The notes: generated by a model from the sequence alone, not told the origin. Positions 26,260-40,334 are shown, counted from the whole stretch's first letter. The stretch: 63,892 nucleotides of DNA, filler included, from Chiloscyllium plagiosum (GCF_004010195.1; 5 parts of one record of this genome joined end to end with filler, not necessarily neighbours in it); one strand, 5' to 3'. Made by a program: numbers and translations.

Positions 26260-26952
26260 ATAGGGAGACACTGAAAAGGCTGGCGCTGTTTTCTCTGGAG
26301 CTTTGGAGATTGAGGGGTAGCCTTATAGAGGTTTACAAAATCATGAGGGGCATGGGTAGGATAAACGGAAAAGGTCTTTTCCCTGAGGTGGAGGAGAAAG
26401 ATTTAAAAGGGACCAAAGGAGTAACTTTTTCATGCAAAGGATGGTGTGTGTATGGAATGAGCTGCCAGAGGAAGTGGTGGAGGCTGGTGCAGTTACAATA
26501 TTTGAAAAATGTGGTGCTGGAAAAACACAGCAGGCCAGGCAGCATCCGAGGAGCAGGAGAATCGACATTTCGGGCATAAGCCCTTCTTCAGGAATGAGGC
26601 TGGTATGCCATGCAGGCTGAGATCTCAGCCTACTTGGCACACCAGCCTCATTCCTGAAGAAGGGCTTATGCTCGAAACTTCGATTCTCCTGCTCCTCAGA
26701 GGCTGCCTGGCCTGCTGTGTTTTTCTAGCACAACATTTTTCAACTTTGGTACTCCAGCATCTGCAGTCCTCACTTTCTCACAGTTACAATATTTAAAAGG
26801 CAGCTCAGTGGGTATATGAATAGGAAGGGTTTAGAGGGATATGGGCCAAGTGCTGGCAAATGGGACTAGATTAGTTAAGGATATGTGGTCAGTGTGGACG
26901 AATTGGACCGGTGGGTCTGTTTCCGTGCTGTACAGCTCTATGACTCTATGAC
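26260..26952 (+). mobile_element. CR1/HER1 3' fragment hosting a fold-back insertion
   Basis: LRGSLIEVYKIMRGM motif and (ctatgact)n tail. Confidence 0.9.
26504..26780. mobile_element. ~240-bp loop-less palindromic PLE-derived element with two hammerhead motifs
   Basis: Axis at 26622/26623 (ggctgaga|tctcagcc); 14-bp TSD cagttacaatattt (26490-26503, 26781-26794). Confidence 0.92.
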
Positions 26953-27119
26953 ATTACTTTTTAGCTACATGGAACTTAGCACCAGAACAACAACTATCAA
27001 ACTGGCAAGCTCCAGCCTGGAACATTCCTCATATCTGGATGGCTGGAGCTTACCTTGTTAAGCAGTTAACCTTTACAGATGTTCCAACTCATACAACACA
27101 AAATATATATTCAATTATA

Positions 27120-27717
27120 AGAGAGGATTCAGAAGAGGTGTACCAGAATGTTGTCAGGTTTGAAAGTTTTGAGTTATGAAGAAAGAGCTGAAAAATGTGT
27201 TGCTGGAAAAGCGCAGCAGATTAGGCAGCATCCAAGGAGCAGGAGAATTGACGTTTCGGGCATAAGCCCTTCTTCAGGAAGAAAGTTATGAAGAAAGTCT
27301 GGATAGGCTGGGACTTCTTACCTAGAGAGTAGAAAGGTGAGAGGAAATCTGATAGAAGTTTACAAAAATAGTGATGTGTATAGATAGAGTTAATGGAAGT
27401 TGTCTTTTCCCTAGGATGGAGGATTCCAAGACTAGGGGCACGTTTTAAGATGAGAGGAGAGAGATTTAAAAAAGACATAAAAGGTTTTTTTTTTTACAGA
27501 GAGGGTCGTTAATGTGTGGAATGAATTTCCTGAGAAAGTGGTAGATGTGGGTTCAATTACAACAATTAAAAGCCATTTGGATAAGTACATGAATAGGAAA
27601 TGTTCAGAGGGATATGGGCCAGGAACAAGCAGGTGGGACTAGTTTAGTTTGGGATTATGTTGGGCATAGACTGGTTGGACCGAAGGGTCTGTTTTCATGC
27701 TGTATGATTCTATGACT
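27120..27717 (+). mobile_element. CR1 3' fragment with nested PLE pseudo-LTR (27186-27283, -)
   Basis: CR1 tail; nested piece has TSD agttatgaagaaag (27172-27185, 27284-27297) and an intact hammerhead core at 27250-27277. Confidence 0.88.
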
Positions 27718-27997
27718 TTATTCTGACATTACTTTATTTTCTCTTACTAATTTCTCAGAATTATTTTCTATAAGATTAACAATCACTTTGTTGACGCTTT
27801 TCATTTTAAAATATCTGTAAGAACACTTCTGTGTTTTCATAATTCTACCTAACATTTTCTTATTCTGTTCTTTTTTCTCTCTTTTTAATGTTCTAGTCAA
27901 GCTTCACCGTGTTTTTTTAAATATTCTGTCCAAACTTCTGAACTTCTGTCCAAAACTGTGTGTTTTTTTCTTTAAGTTTGGTACTACCTCTTAGAAT

Positions 27998-28850
27998 AAA
28001 GTTAAAAATCACACAAAACCAAGTTATAGTCCAACAGGTTTATTTGGAAGCACTAGCTTTCAAAGTACTGTTTCTTCATCAGGTGGTTATGGAGCAGAAT
28101 CATAAGACACAGAATTTATAGCAACAGGATTGCAGTGTCATGGAATGTAATATTAAACAAAGTTAGCTTCAGTCTTTCATCTTTTAGAATGATCATGTTA
28201 ATTTTCGTTCCTTCATATGTAAATCCCAGAACTTTTTAAAGTTATATTCTCAAGATAGCTTTTAACAATAGGTGCCATCTCAGCTCAGATAATGCATTGA
28301 AGATGTAAACGTAAAGTCTGTCTGTGTCCCAATGTTAAGTCAGACTGATTCTATTTCTAAAGTGGGACTTAAAGAAGCTTACATGGAGTTATGTAGTTTT
28401 TGTGCAAATTAAAATGTAATTCTGCAAGTACAAGTTCACCCCGCAAACCTATATGTGTGTGCAGGGGAGACAAGTGAGTGTGTGCATGTGGGTCTGTGTA
28501 TAGGGGTGTGAGTGTCTGTGAAAGAGTGTGTGTTTGTGTGTAAGTGTAATAGGGTATAAGTCTGTGAGAGGATGCTTGTGTGAGTGTTTGGGGTGTATGT
28601 GTGAGCGTGTGAGAGAGCTTGTGCATGAGAGAGGGTCTGTGTGGGTGTGTGTGATCCAGAACATTTGGCCTCGCACCTTTGGGTGACCATTCTCTAAGGT
28701 GGACTTTGGAACAGGTGAAAAACAAAGTGGCCGAGCAGAGGCTGATAGCCAAGTTCAGTACCCATATGGATGGCCTCAACCGGGACCTTGGATTCATGTC
28801 ACATTACAGGTGACCACTATTGCACTATACCCACACACACTCATGCAGAC
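27998..28850. mobile_element. third PLE family: inverted pseudo-LTR (-) plus GIY-YIG C-terminus (28655-28815, +)
   Basis: KVAEQRLIAKFSTHMDGLNRDLGFMSHYR*; (GT)-rich tract; degenerate hammerhead at 28054-28082; same family at 8235-8470, 38520-38665, 43950-44355 and 60480-60738. Confidence 0.8.
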
Positions 28851-30247
28851 CCTCTATCAAGCACAAGTTCTGAGTAGATTAGTGGAGACCAAAGTCTTGG
28901 ATATAAAGCACGGATAGAGTTACAATGAGGAGTTTCAGGGATATTCTGGTTTGGTGAACTATGAAAGATCAAATGACCTTCCTTACCAATATAATTATGG
29001 GATCTTGTAAATTGTAAATGATCTACTATCATATTCAAATCATGCTGGCAGAGTTGATTACAAAATTTAACACCTAAGAGCATGATAAATCCCTTAACAA
29101 CCTCATTGAAATTAATGTTATAAAAAGTTAGATTCAATATGCCAAAGTACAAGTCTATAAAGATTTTGTATTTTGTCTGAAGAGTTGCTGCAAATACCAA
29201 TTAATTGGAATCACTAGGGTTTACTTGGAAGGATCAAGCAGACTGAGCTGAAGCCCTTTATTATGTTTTGTAGAATTTTGAAAATGTTCTTACGGTGAAT
29301 TTGGATTGGCAAATCAATGCGACAAGCGATGTTATTACATTTCTCTGCTGATGGACATTAGGAAAATTAAAATCAATGAAGGGAATAATTGAATGCAATC
29401 CAATGATGATGACTCCAAAATCTTATGAAGCACATGGGCAGATAAAAATTTACAATATCATCTGCTCTACCAAGATTTGCAATTTTCACTTTTCCACTGT
29501 TTCCTTACAACAACCCAAAACCCATGTCCTCCACCATCTTTAAATGTCAAGGGCAATAGGTGCTTTGAAACACTCATGATCTCATCTCAAGTATCCAATG
29601 CACAATCCTGAGTTAGACTTGCATTGCTGTATTGAGCATCTGAAAAGCTATACTTCATAATACTGTTGGAGTATCTTTACCACATCAACTAAGGAGTTTA
29701 TAAAAATATCCCTGAGCCATCAGCTTCTCAAGAGCAGTTCAAACTGGGGAAATACACTAACTTTCCCAGAAATGTCTGCATTCACAAAATTAATCAAGTT
29801 AAAATGATAGAGAGAAAATTCTCGATTAATGTGTTAAGCTTATTTCTATCAGAATTCCATGGAATAAAGAAGGTTCTTTAAAACAGTTACCAATGATTAT
29901 ATTATTTCTCAACATACCATAAGTCAATTGAATAATCCAACTGTTAAGCAATACCAGCAAGAATACGAGTGAATCCCTGTCTGAATGCAGAAATGTGTGA
30001 CTGTGATTACTATTTAAAAATTGATACTCTTGGAACTAGTCCTTAGCTAATCAAATCATGATTTTTTTTTCAAAATTTCTCTCAGAACCTCTAAATGAAT
30101 GCTGGGAACATAATGTAGAAGAAAACAAATTGTCAATTTTCACTGTTAACATCTCCACAGTGTTGCTGATTGGCTTTTTTAGAAGGGAACTAAAAACACT
30201 AAAAGGCTGCAGTTTCAGCACTTAAGAGGCAATTTTTGAAAAGAATG

Positions 30248-30665
30248 TATTTATTCATTTTGTGAGATGTAGATATTGCTGGCTGGGCCCAGCATTTATT
30301 GCCCATCCCTAGTTGCCCCTTGAGAAGGTGGTGGTGAGCTGCCTTCTTGAACTGCTGCAGTCTACGTGCTGTGGGTTGACCCACAATACCCTCAAGGAGG
30401 GCATTCCAGGATTTTGACCCAGCGACACTGAAGGAACGGCGATATATTTTCAAGTCAGGATAGTGATTGGCCTGGGGGGGTGGTGTTCCCATATATCTGC
30501 TGCCCTTGTCCTTCCAAATGGAAGTGGTCATGGATTTGGAAGGTGCTGTCTGAGAATCTTTGGTGAATTTCTGTAGTGCATCTTGTAGATAAGTACACAC
30601 TGCTTCTACTGAGCGTCAGCAGTAGAGGGAGTGGATGCTTGTGGATGTTGTGCCAATCAATTAGC
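30248..30665 (-). mobile_element. LINE 3' end (second family)
   Basis: HYPDLKIYRRSFSVAGSKSWNALLEGIVG...FKKAAHHHLLKG; 3' tail shared with the SINE at 12481. Confidence 0.85.
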
Positions 30666-31153
30666 AATTCTTACCAATGACCAGGATAAGAAAACTGGCA
30701 GCTACAGTTAACATAGCTTCAGGAGTATCCCTCCTCAAGTGGAGCACCATGAAGGAGCACTTATAAAATAATTTCAATGATAACCAAATGTCCCATGTGG
30801 GTAAAGTTAACACATCACTGTCCATGTCAGATTGTATCTTTAATAAAAGGTGTTATCTGTTTACTTTTCATGTTTGATGGAATTCTGTTAGTGCAGAAGT
30901 GGCACGGCTCAACCGAAGACCCTGGTTTGTGCAGTCAGTGTTTGGACCATGCAGAAACACCAGATGATGGTCGGAGAAGAAGCCTGGGTTTATACCAGAG
31001 CAAATAGCAATAGTGGATGTTGAATATGGAATTTTATTTGCTTGGTTGGTTGCATTGGGAATGTTCATATGGACAAAGTGCTTCCTGTGTCTGCCTTGCA
31101 CCCACATCTTGGAGCCTGCCATTTGGTTCTATTTAAATCAGGACATAGTGGTA

Positions 31154-31320
31154 GGTCATCAGCTTCCTCCTCTCCTGGGGATGTCATGCACTTCATTAAT
31201 TCCTCAGTGGCCATGGTCTCTCCCCTCTGCAGTGATAGGTTGTTTTATGCACAGTAAACCAGCATCATCCAGGGGACCATCACTGGACTATATTGAATTG
31301 ACCAATTGGTGTGATCCATA
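31154..31320 (-). mobile_element. PIF/Harbinger transposase C-terminal fragment (degenerate)
   Basis: Minus strand IQYSPVMVPWMMLVYCA*NNLSLQRGE plus acidic tail, resembling the HARBI1-type LQYSP...CCALHNLA..RG motif. Confidence 0.6.
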
Positions 31321-32329
31321 TACTACACCGCAGTAAAGATATTAGAGTATTTGAGGAGGAGTTGAGAACCCAGAGAGGGATGCAGCCACTCCCCTGCAGT
31401 AAAGACATGAGTAGTATTCTGCACAATCTGCCATCAAACTAAAAGATATTCAGTGTCGTGCAGTACATGAGTTTAAGTGTCAGTATGATGCCACTGAAGT
31501 AGGATTTATGTCTTTAAAACAAATAAACCATACCAAATAACAATCCCTCTGACTACAGTGGACAGCATATCAACTCTTGAAATTTATTTATTTTTTAACA
31601 TTGCCCATCCCACTCTCCTCTCAGGCCCCTTTCAACAGATCTCTGTGCCACAAGATGGGAGGTCCCTGGGTTCTCAACTCCTCCTTCTCTACCCTAACCG
31701 CTCTGGCCATGTTACACCAGTTTCTGAGGGTGTAAGTTGTCTGGTCTCACAGCTGCCAAAAGCAGTGGTGACCTCAGATTCTGTCCCCTCCTGATATACC
31801 TACAACACGAACATCTTTCACATCACTCACACTCCTCAACAAAATTTGAATGGGCCTCTAAGATGCTGTTTAATTGGTCTTTTGATTGGTAGTTTTGAAA
31901 TAACATACTATGCTTTCACTAGACTTGCTATTCCACCATTGGTAAGATGTAGAGCCAATGCAGTGAAGTTAGAGGTCCATCCTGACATTAAATTATGATG
32001 CTCACATGGAGACATTTACAGACACAATGGGCCAAATTGCCTCCTTCTGTGTCAGAACACATCAGTGATTCTGTGACACAACCTTCTTGTATAAGGATAT
32101 TTAAGGGACTGGAAAGGATAAGAAAGAGGAATGTCTTAAGTACAAATGGCATCAAGTAGACTTCTGAGATCTCAGAAGAGTGAGAGTTAAGATCCAGGTC
32201 CTGCTCATACAGTCCGTAACAATGTCTATCAAACCAGTGTAACTTCGACTGAATTGCTATCATGAAATAACTTTCATTTTGTTTAAGATAAGATGCTCTT
32301 CTCATTGGATTGTGAAGTATCTTCCCTCT

Positions 32330-33570
32330 GTCACATTGAGGAAAGTCAGCATGGCTTTGTGAAGGGGAAATCATACCTGATAAATTGATTACAGTTCATG
32401 AGGAGGTAACTAGCAAGACAGATAAAGTGGAACCACATCGAACATATTTGGATTTCCAAAATGTAAATCACAAGATACAGCCCAAAAATCTACTTAACAG
32501 GGTAAGAGTCCATGGTGTTGAGGGTAGTATATCAGTATGGGTAGAGGATTGACTAAATAATAGAAAACAGACAGTTTGAGATAAAGGGGGCATTTTCAGG
32601 AAGGATGGAGTGCCACATGATCAGTTCTGTGACCATAATTATTTACAATAACTATTAATAACTTGGATGAGGGAAGGAAAGGTACAACTGCCAAGTTTAC
32701 CAATGACACAAGAATAGGTGGGAAGGTAGGTTATGAGGAGGATACAAAGAATCTACAGTGGGAAGATACAGACTAAGTGAAAAGAATATAACATGGGAAA
32801 ATGTGGTTACGTGCTTTGGCAGCAAGATTAGAAGAGCCAAATATTACTTAAACTGGAAAAGACTGCAGCAAAGAAGCCTTCATGTAGCTTAATCACAAGT
32901 TATCATCCAAGCTCATTGGGTAATAGAGAAGGCAAATAGACTGTTGGGCTTTATTTCAAAGGGAATGGAATATAATCATAGGGAGATCTTGATAAAATTG
33001 TGCAAGACACCAGCCAGAACAGACCAAGAATAATGTGAACAGTTTGTGACTCCTTATCTAAGGAAAGGTATATTGGCATTGGGGGCAGTTCAGAGAAGGG
33101 TCACTAGATTGATTCTGGGTCCAGAGAGATTGTCTTGAGGAGGGGTCAGGTAGACTAGGCCCGTACTCATTAGAGTTTAGAAAAATGACAGGCAGCCTTA
33201 TGGAAACATACAACTTTCTTAGGGAGCTCGACAGAGTAGATACTGAGAGATTGTTTCCCAGGTGAGGGAATCTAGGACTAGAGCACGTAAACCTAGAATG
33301 AAAGATTGCCAATTTAAGACAGAGGAGAGCTGGAATTATTTTCTGTCACAGGGTAGTTAATCAGTGGAATTATTTACTACAGAAGGGAATTGAGGCTAGG
33401 TCATTGAGTATGTTTAAGACTGATAGATTTTTAACCAGCAAAAAGTTTGAGGTTATGGTTGTAATTCAGGAACGTGGATTTGAGAATCATTTGACCAGGT
33501 TCAATGTCATGGAATGGTGGAGTAAACTCGATGGGCCGAATGTCCTGTTTCTGCTCCTAGATCTCAAGAT
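32330..33570 (+). mobile_element. old CR1 RT-to-3' fragment
   Basis: SQHGFVKGKS, YLDFQ and gccaagtttaccaatgacac (AKF.DDT) remnants with many stops. Confidence 0.8.
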
Positions 33571-33659
33571 CAGTACAACAATCGAACGGATACCAACACA
33601 GAAAGCTCACAGGGACTTGCATTCTTCAGTCACTGAAAAATAATGTGTTTTCTGTAAAA

Positions 33660-36600
33660 CAGTTAATCATTTTCAGAAACCGTGCTGCATTGGGACATGG
33701 TCAAAGAGTAGCAAAATGTCAAGCAACTACTCGCACAAAGAATTCCACAAAGTAGCACAGTCTATCAATGGAAGAAAATCCAATTGGATTCTTAGATGAA
33801 ATAGATGATCCAGACCTAACTTTCTGGTAATAATATGTTTTTGTTGATGGACATCTTACCAGTTTTAAGATTGATACAGGATGAGGGTCACAATGTTATC
33901 TGAAAGCGGGCCATGGTGAAGCAAAACAGCATACAGTTGACAGCATTGCAACTATTTTGCCCACAGGCTTAGCTATTAAGATTGAAGGTAGGCTACAAAC
34001 AATTCTCCACCACAAGGGTGTCAGATAGTTGAGAAGTTACACTTAGGTCACAATCAAGCGTTCTTCCTCGTGTGTGCATGATATCTTGACTTAGCGTTTT
34101 TCAAATGGCTGAAGGAGTCAAATGAGTTAAGTTGAAGAAACAATTTGTCCTGGAACAGCCAGCCATATGACAACAGATCAAGCAACTTTTGGGTAAAGAA
34201 CAGCTGATTATGGAACATCTGATTAAATGACAACTGTAGAGGATTTCAGAGCACTCTCTAGAAGTATGGCACAACCCAAACTGAAAGCAATACCCAAGTG
34301 AGATTAGCTGTGTTGCCATGCAAAAAAAGGTGTTTCATATTGCAAGTTAAATGGAAACCTGTGACTATACTAAGTTGTCAGGAATGTTTTCAACTGCTAT
34401 CAATACTGAAGAGAGTTCTGCTGTGAGAAGCTGAAAGATTTTTAAGAAAACATAATCAGTCAAATTGCTGAAGAGTAGCACGTAGCAGGATTTATACGTA
34501 TCTGGAAAAGCAAGGACTGATTAGAGACAGTCAACATAGCTTTGTGGTTGGGAAGTCATATCTCACAAACTTGATTGAGTTTTTGAAGAAGTAATAAAGA
34601 GGACTTATGTGGACAGAGCAATGGACGTGATCTATATGGACTTCAGTAAGGCATTCAACAAGGTTCCCCATGGGAGACTGGTTCGCAAGGTTAGACTTCA
34701 CGGAATACAGGGAGAATGAGCCATTTGGATACAGAACTGGCTCAAGGGTAGAAGACAGAAGGTGGTGGTGGAGAGTTGTTTTTCAGACTGGAGGCCTGTG
34801 ACCAGTGGAATGTCACAAGGATCGGTGCTGCGTCCACTATGTTTCATTATTTATATAAATGGTTTGGATGTGAGTATAAGAGGTAATGTTAGTAAGTTTG
34901 CAGATGACACCAAAATTGGAGGTGAAGTGGACAGCGAAGAAGGTTACCTCAAATTACAACAAGATCTTGATCAGATGGGCTGAGGAGCAGCAGATGGAGT
35001 TTAATTTAGATAAATGTGAGGTGCTGCATTTTGTGAAAGCTAATCTAAGCAGGACTTAGATACTTAATGGTAAGGTCCTAGGGAGTGTTGCTGAACAAAG
35101 AGACCTTGGAGTACTGGTTCATTATCTCCTTGAAAGTAGAGTCACAGTTAGATAGGATAGTGAAGAAGGTGTTTGGTATGCTTTTCTTTATTGGTCAGAG
35201 TATTGAGTGCAGGAGTTGGGCAGTCATGTTGTGTCTGTACAGGACATTGGTTGGGCCAGTTTTGGAATGTTCTGGTCTCCTTCCTATCAGAAGAACGTTG
35301 TGAAACGTGAAAGGGTTCGGAAAAGATTTACAAGGATGTTGCCAGAGTTGGAGGATTTGAGCTATAGGTAGAGGTTGAATAGGCTAGGGCTGTTTTCCCT
35401 GGAGTGTCCGAGGTTGAGGGGTGACCTTATAGAGGTTTATCAAATCATGAAGGGCAGGGATAGGATAAATAGACAAAGTTTCTTCGCTGGGGTGGTAGAG
35501 TCCAGAACTAGAGGACATAGGTTTAGGGTGAGAGGGAAAAGATATAAACGAGACCTAAGGGCAACTTTTTCACGCAGATGGTGGTGTGTGTATGGAATGA
35601 GCTGCCAGAGGAAGTGGTGGAGGCTGGTACAATTATAACATTTAAGAGGCATTTGGATGGTATATGAATAGGAAGGGTTTGGAGGGATATGGGCCGAGTG
35701 CTGGCAGGTGGGACTAGACTGGGTTGGGATATCTGGTCAGCATGGAAAAGTTGGACTGAAGGGTCTGTTTCCATGCTGTACATCTGTATGACTCTATGAT
35801 CTCATTGAGTATTCTTATCTTATTTGATGAATCTTTAACTGTTCTAATCAATACAACACAGCCTGGTGAACAAATAGCCTTGGCAGATTTAATTCTAATG
35901 TCAGATGTTGAGGTGATTCAGAAAACACAAGTGCAACCAAAGAATTATTATGTTCCGAAAGGAACCCTCAGTGTCAAGGCCAGGGATTATGCCAAGCAGG
36001 AAGTAGTCTTCAAATTGTGTGACTGATTCAGTGAACATGTTGGTTTAACCAATAAGGCAATCACTGAGGACAAATGAAAGTATCCAAGATGAAGTAAAAC
36101 GTTTACACAGACCACCACAGGTTTAACAGCAGATGGAGAATAAAAATCTGTTGATACAGGTTCGCAGATATAACCCGTCCAACTCCATGAAAGCTATCAC
36201 TGAGAGTGAATGATCAGTTCTCAAAGATTCAGAACACAGCCAAGAAGGAATTGGGAGATCTGATGATCCAGAATATTTCAACAAAATAACAGTACAACTG
36301 TGCTCCACAAAACGATTTCATGAAATTAAATTACCTCCAGATTCTGTACCAGAGTGTATTTCATGATGTCCTCCAAGAAGGAAATCCACGAGATGAAATA
36401 TTTTAACACATTTCCAGCCCTCACACATTTAGGAACTGAATCAAATCAAAGATCTGCCAACCTTCCAAGTTCAAAGAGAGAGTGTTTTGGGAGAACAATG
36501 AACACTTGAATGTGTGAAGTCAAAGACTTGATGGGTTGCCAACTGGTGAATGTAATAACATAAGCAATGTGTAAATATGAACTAGAAGCAGAAAAATCGG

Positions 36601-36890
36601 GGTGGGGGAGGAAGAGATGTTGCAGTGTTAAGGTCTCAAAGAGTCAAAACTAAATATACCACCATGAGGTGAGTATATGAGCTTGTTGGGAGCAGAGCTC
36701 AGTAGGTGAAAGAAGTAAGACCTCCCAACGGGGTGTCACTTATAGTTTAAATGTAACAAAGTCTGCCAAATTAGTGTAACTGTTTATAGTTGTTATCATG
36801 CAACAAATTATGTCTTGTTTAAGGCAGAACTTCTTCTCATTAGAGTACAAAATCAGATAGGCCCTGTGTATGACCAAGCTGGTAAAGGAT
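33660..36890 (+). mobile_element. decayed Gypsy-type LTR element, split by a CR1 insertion
   Basis: VDGHLTSFKIDTG (aspartic protease motif) at ~33843-33881; polypurine tract 36599-36617 followed by TGT at 36618. Confidence 0.5.
34485..35799 (+). mobile_element. CR1/HER1 LINE, RT to 3' end (frameshifted)
   Basis: YMDFSKAF, SQGSVLRP, SKFADDTK, LRGDLIEVY motifs and tail. Confidence 0.95.
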
Positions 36891-37546
36891 GGTAGCAGAA
36901 AATCAAACATCCAGTGAGCAATAGTACGGAGAGCTCATCCATGATGAGCAATGGTATGCTCATGCACTGTTTTGCGTCTTTCTTCAGAGCTTCAAACACC
37001 CTATCAGTCTCCTGCCTCATTTATAGCAAATGAAGCAAGAGTAACTCAGGAAATTCCCATTATGGCGAGCAAGTCAAAGACAAGCAAAATTTTTATCAAT
37101 CTAGAGAGACCAAAATTTCCTTGGATTTGCTAGTAAATGGAACGTTTTTTGACTGGAAACAAGTCTCACTATTTTCCTTAGTCATTTGGTATCATCACTT
37201 GCCCTAGCAGCTCATGTTGTATTACAAAACCTCCTCTCATTAACGAGAATCTCCATAAACCCAGGTTTTTTGGCCAAGCCTTTGGCTGCTCCCAAGTATC
37301 ATCCTTCCTTTGTTCGTGGTTGTATTTCTGTGAAAAGACTGGGTTTTGGCCTGTGGCATATTAATTCTGGCTAAGTATATCTCAGACCGCCTGATGAAAA
37401 TGGAATGATAGCAAGTTAAGACTCTGTCCATTCTGTGTTGCTATAATTATCAATACTTTCTTTTAACATATGTCTTGATCTATTTACTAGAAACTTTCTT
37501 CCTCAGTAATTCCTCTCATAAGTTCAGTACATGGAATTTCCTTTGG

Positions 37547-38356
37547 ATTAAATGTGAGGTGTTAGATTTTGGTAAGGCAAACCAGGGCAGGATATGAACA
37601 GTTAATTGGAGGGCCCTCAGGAGTGTTGCTGAACAAAGGGACGCGAAGATACAGGTGCATAGTTCCTTGAAAGTGGAGTCACAGGTAGACAAGGTGATGA
37701 AGATGGTGTTTTGCATACTTGCCTTCATTGGTCAGAACATTGAGTATAAGAGTTGGGTTATCATGTTGCGGCTGTACAGGACATTGATGAGGTCACTTTT
37801 AGAATGCTGCCTACAATTCTGGCCACACTTTTTTAAAGAAAGAAAGTTGTTAAATTTAAGAGGGTGCAGAAAAGATTTACAAGGATGTTGCTGGGACTGG
37901 AGGGTTTGAGCTATAGGGTGAGGCTGAATAGGTTGGGGCTGTTTTCCCTGGAGCGTCGGAGGCTGAGGGGTGATCTTATAGAGGTTTATAAAATCATGAG
38001 GAGCATGGATAGGGTAAATAGACAAAGTCTTTTCCCTGGGGTGTGGGAGTCCAGAACTAGAAGGCATAGGTTTAGCGTGATAGGGGAAAGATATAAAAGA
38101 GACCTAAGGGGTAACTTTTTCATGCAGAGGGTGGTACGTGTATGGAATGAGCTGCCAGAGGAAGTGGTGGAGGCTGGTACAATTATAACATTTAAAAGGC
38201 ATCTGGATGGACGTACAAATAGGAAGGGTTTGGAGGGATATGTGCCAAGTGCTGGCAAATGGTGCTATATTAGGTTAGGGTATCTGGTCGGCATGGACGA
38301 GTTGGACCGAAGGGTCTGTTTCCATGTTGTACGTCTCTTTGACTCTATGACTCTAT
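37547..38356 (+). mobile_element. CR1/HER1 3' fragment
   Basis: QKRFTRML...LERRRLRGDLIEVYKIM...NFFMQRVVRVWNELP; (gactctat)n tail. Confidence 0.95.
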
Positions 38357-39107
38357 AATGCATTCAAGTTCACGTAACTATTTTTATCTTGAGTGCTTTT
38401 CCAATGACTCAGGCACATAATCCAGACTGGCACTTCAGTGTAATAGTAAGGTAAGGCTGCACTTTTGGAAATATTGTCTTTCAGACAAAGGAAGGCTAAG
38501 TGGCTTGCAGATCTATCCTCTTAACCACCTGCTCCACAACCACATGATAAAGAAGTAGCACTTCAAAAGCTAGTGCTTCCAAATAAACCTGTTGGACTAT
38601 AGGCTGGTGTTGTGTGACTTATAATGTTGTCCATCCCAGTCCAACATTGGCACCTCCACATTATATCTTCTTAACAGTGGTGTTTTAACTAATGCTTTAA
38701 ATCAATACTGCTACCTGCACATGACTATACTGTCTGGAGTATCTCAGGCTGTGGGTATCAACACATACATTGTCCCTGAGGCTGTTTAGTCCTTATCTCT
38801 AAAACTGATTCTTCAACTCCTTACGTACAGTAAATAAAGGAGTGTGACCTCAATACATGATAGGCCATCACATACACTTCTCTAGTGCAATGTTTGAAGA
38901 TGTCTCTCTTCACTAGCTCTTACTAGGCTGGTTCTTCTCTCTTACTGTTGTCAAAGTCACGTGCTGAGTTCCATCATTATGATTTTCATGAATCATAACG
39001 AACCCACCTTGCCTCTGCTTTCCCATGGCACATATAAGTTAGTGAAGGGAAGGAATGAAGCCTTATGGCTATGTAAGGGTCACAAATAGACCTTAGGGTG
39101 GGTGACT

Positions 39108-39420
39108 TCTTTTTATTTTAAAAATAGATTTTATTCATTAAAAAATGTCTTTATAAATATAGTCACTGAAGCAGTTTGGTTCTGTGCAGTAGCATATGAG
39201 GAAACATGCAAACATTGGAGTTTGACTCTATCCAATGAACAAAGCAAAGGCATCTATTACTGTACAAGATTATGTTTACATGTATTTGAGGCACTGGGAG
39301 GGCCTAATAACTGAATGGATTCCATTTAACTTCCTGGGAGAACCTCTTTTTTATTTCAAAAGTATACTTAATTCATAATAAATGCAACAAAGTAACTAAA
39401 ACAGTTCAATTTTGGACAGT
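39108..39420 (-). mobile_element. two adjacent L1/Tx1-like 3' ends
   Basis: Two related T-rich starts (39108, 39346); the first reads aataaa..aaataaaaa on the minus strand. Family assignment is by resemblance only. Confidence 0.4.
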
Positions 39421-40334
39421 TATGCCTTCCTGGTCAACTGTAACATGGGAGACAGATTTGGGGTGAGGTGTAGATTGGCAAGTGGTGGCAAGGCTGCCCA
39501 CTTTGCCTTATGAGCCCCCGCACCTTCAAATAGAGCATAAAATCCAGTCCCATTTCGAATGTGCAAGTGCCTACTATGAGTACTCAAGAGCTATTTAAGC
39601 ATTGTGCAACCAAATTATTATGTATGCACATCACAACAAACAGGCAAATTAAATACCAGTCAAACTGCCTGAAACAAGTACCAGTTAATCGTTTTGTGAC
39701 TCCTGTTTCACCTTTATCAATGGCAGACATCTCTGGTCTTTTTCACAAATTGCTTTATTTATTCTGACACCATAGCAATATTAAAAAGGCCAATTAATTT
39801 GCGGTTGTAAGCAAGGACTGTAATAACATTCAACCCCAAATAAATCTGTTTACTTGTATCGATGATGAATTCATTGTCTGATGGTTTGGGTGTCAGAAGT
39901 CTTGCTCACCTCTTTGTGATGCTTATTTCAGCATATTAAAGAGCAGCTCCTCTGTAAATAAATTAAGTTGGCTCTGTTTTCTGCCCTGCAAGGTTTTCAG
40001 TGAATAAAACTAATTATCCAATTTTCCCATGCTCATTGCTGAGATAAACAATTCACCTGCAAATTTTATAATACCAGTTAACATTCTGCAATCCCTTTAC
40101 TTCATTTCACTTGAGCTAAAGAATTCCTGATTGATGGAAGAAACAACCTATTTTTCTTACTTCTCTGTTAAGCAAATATTGTCACGGTTTAAGATTAATA
40201 ATGGTCACTTGGATATTTTAACATTAAAATGAATTAGTTTTGGATGTGTGTTGGAACATGCAGTCACTTTAGAATTCTCTGTCTCTCCAGCAACGTGTTT
40301 AATACACAATATGTACACTGTGATTATACTTCAG

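Noticed and set aside
28369..28797. His/Thr-rich ORFs
   Set aside because: Derived from the (GT)-rich tract of a PLE pseudo-LTR.
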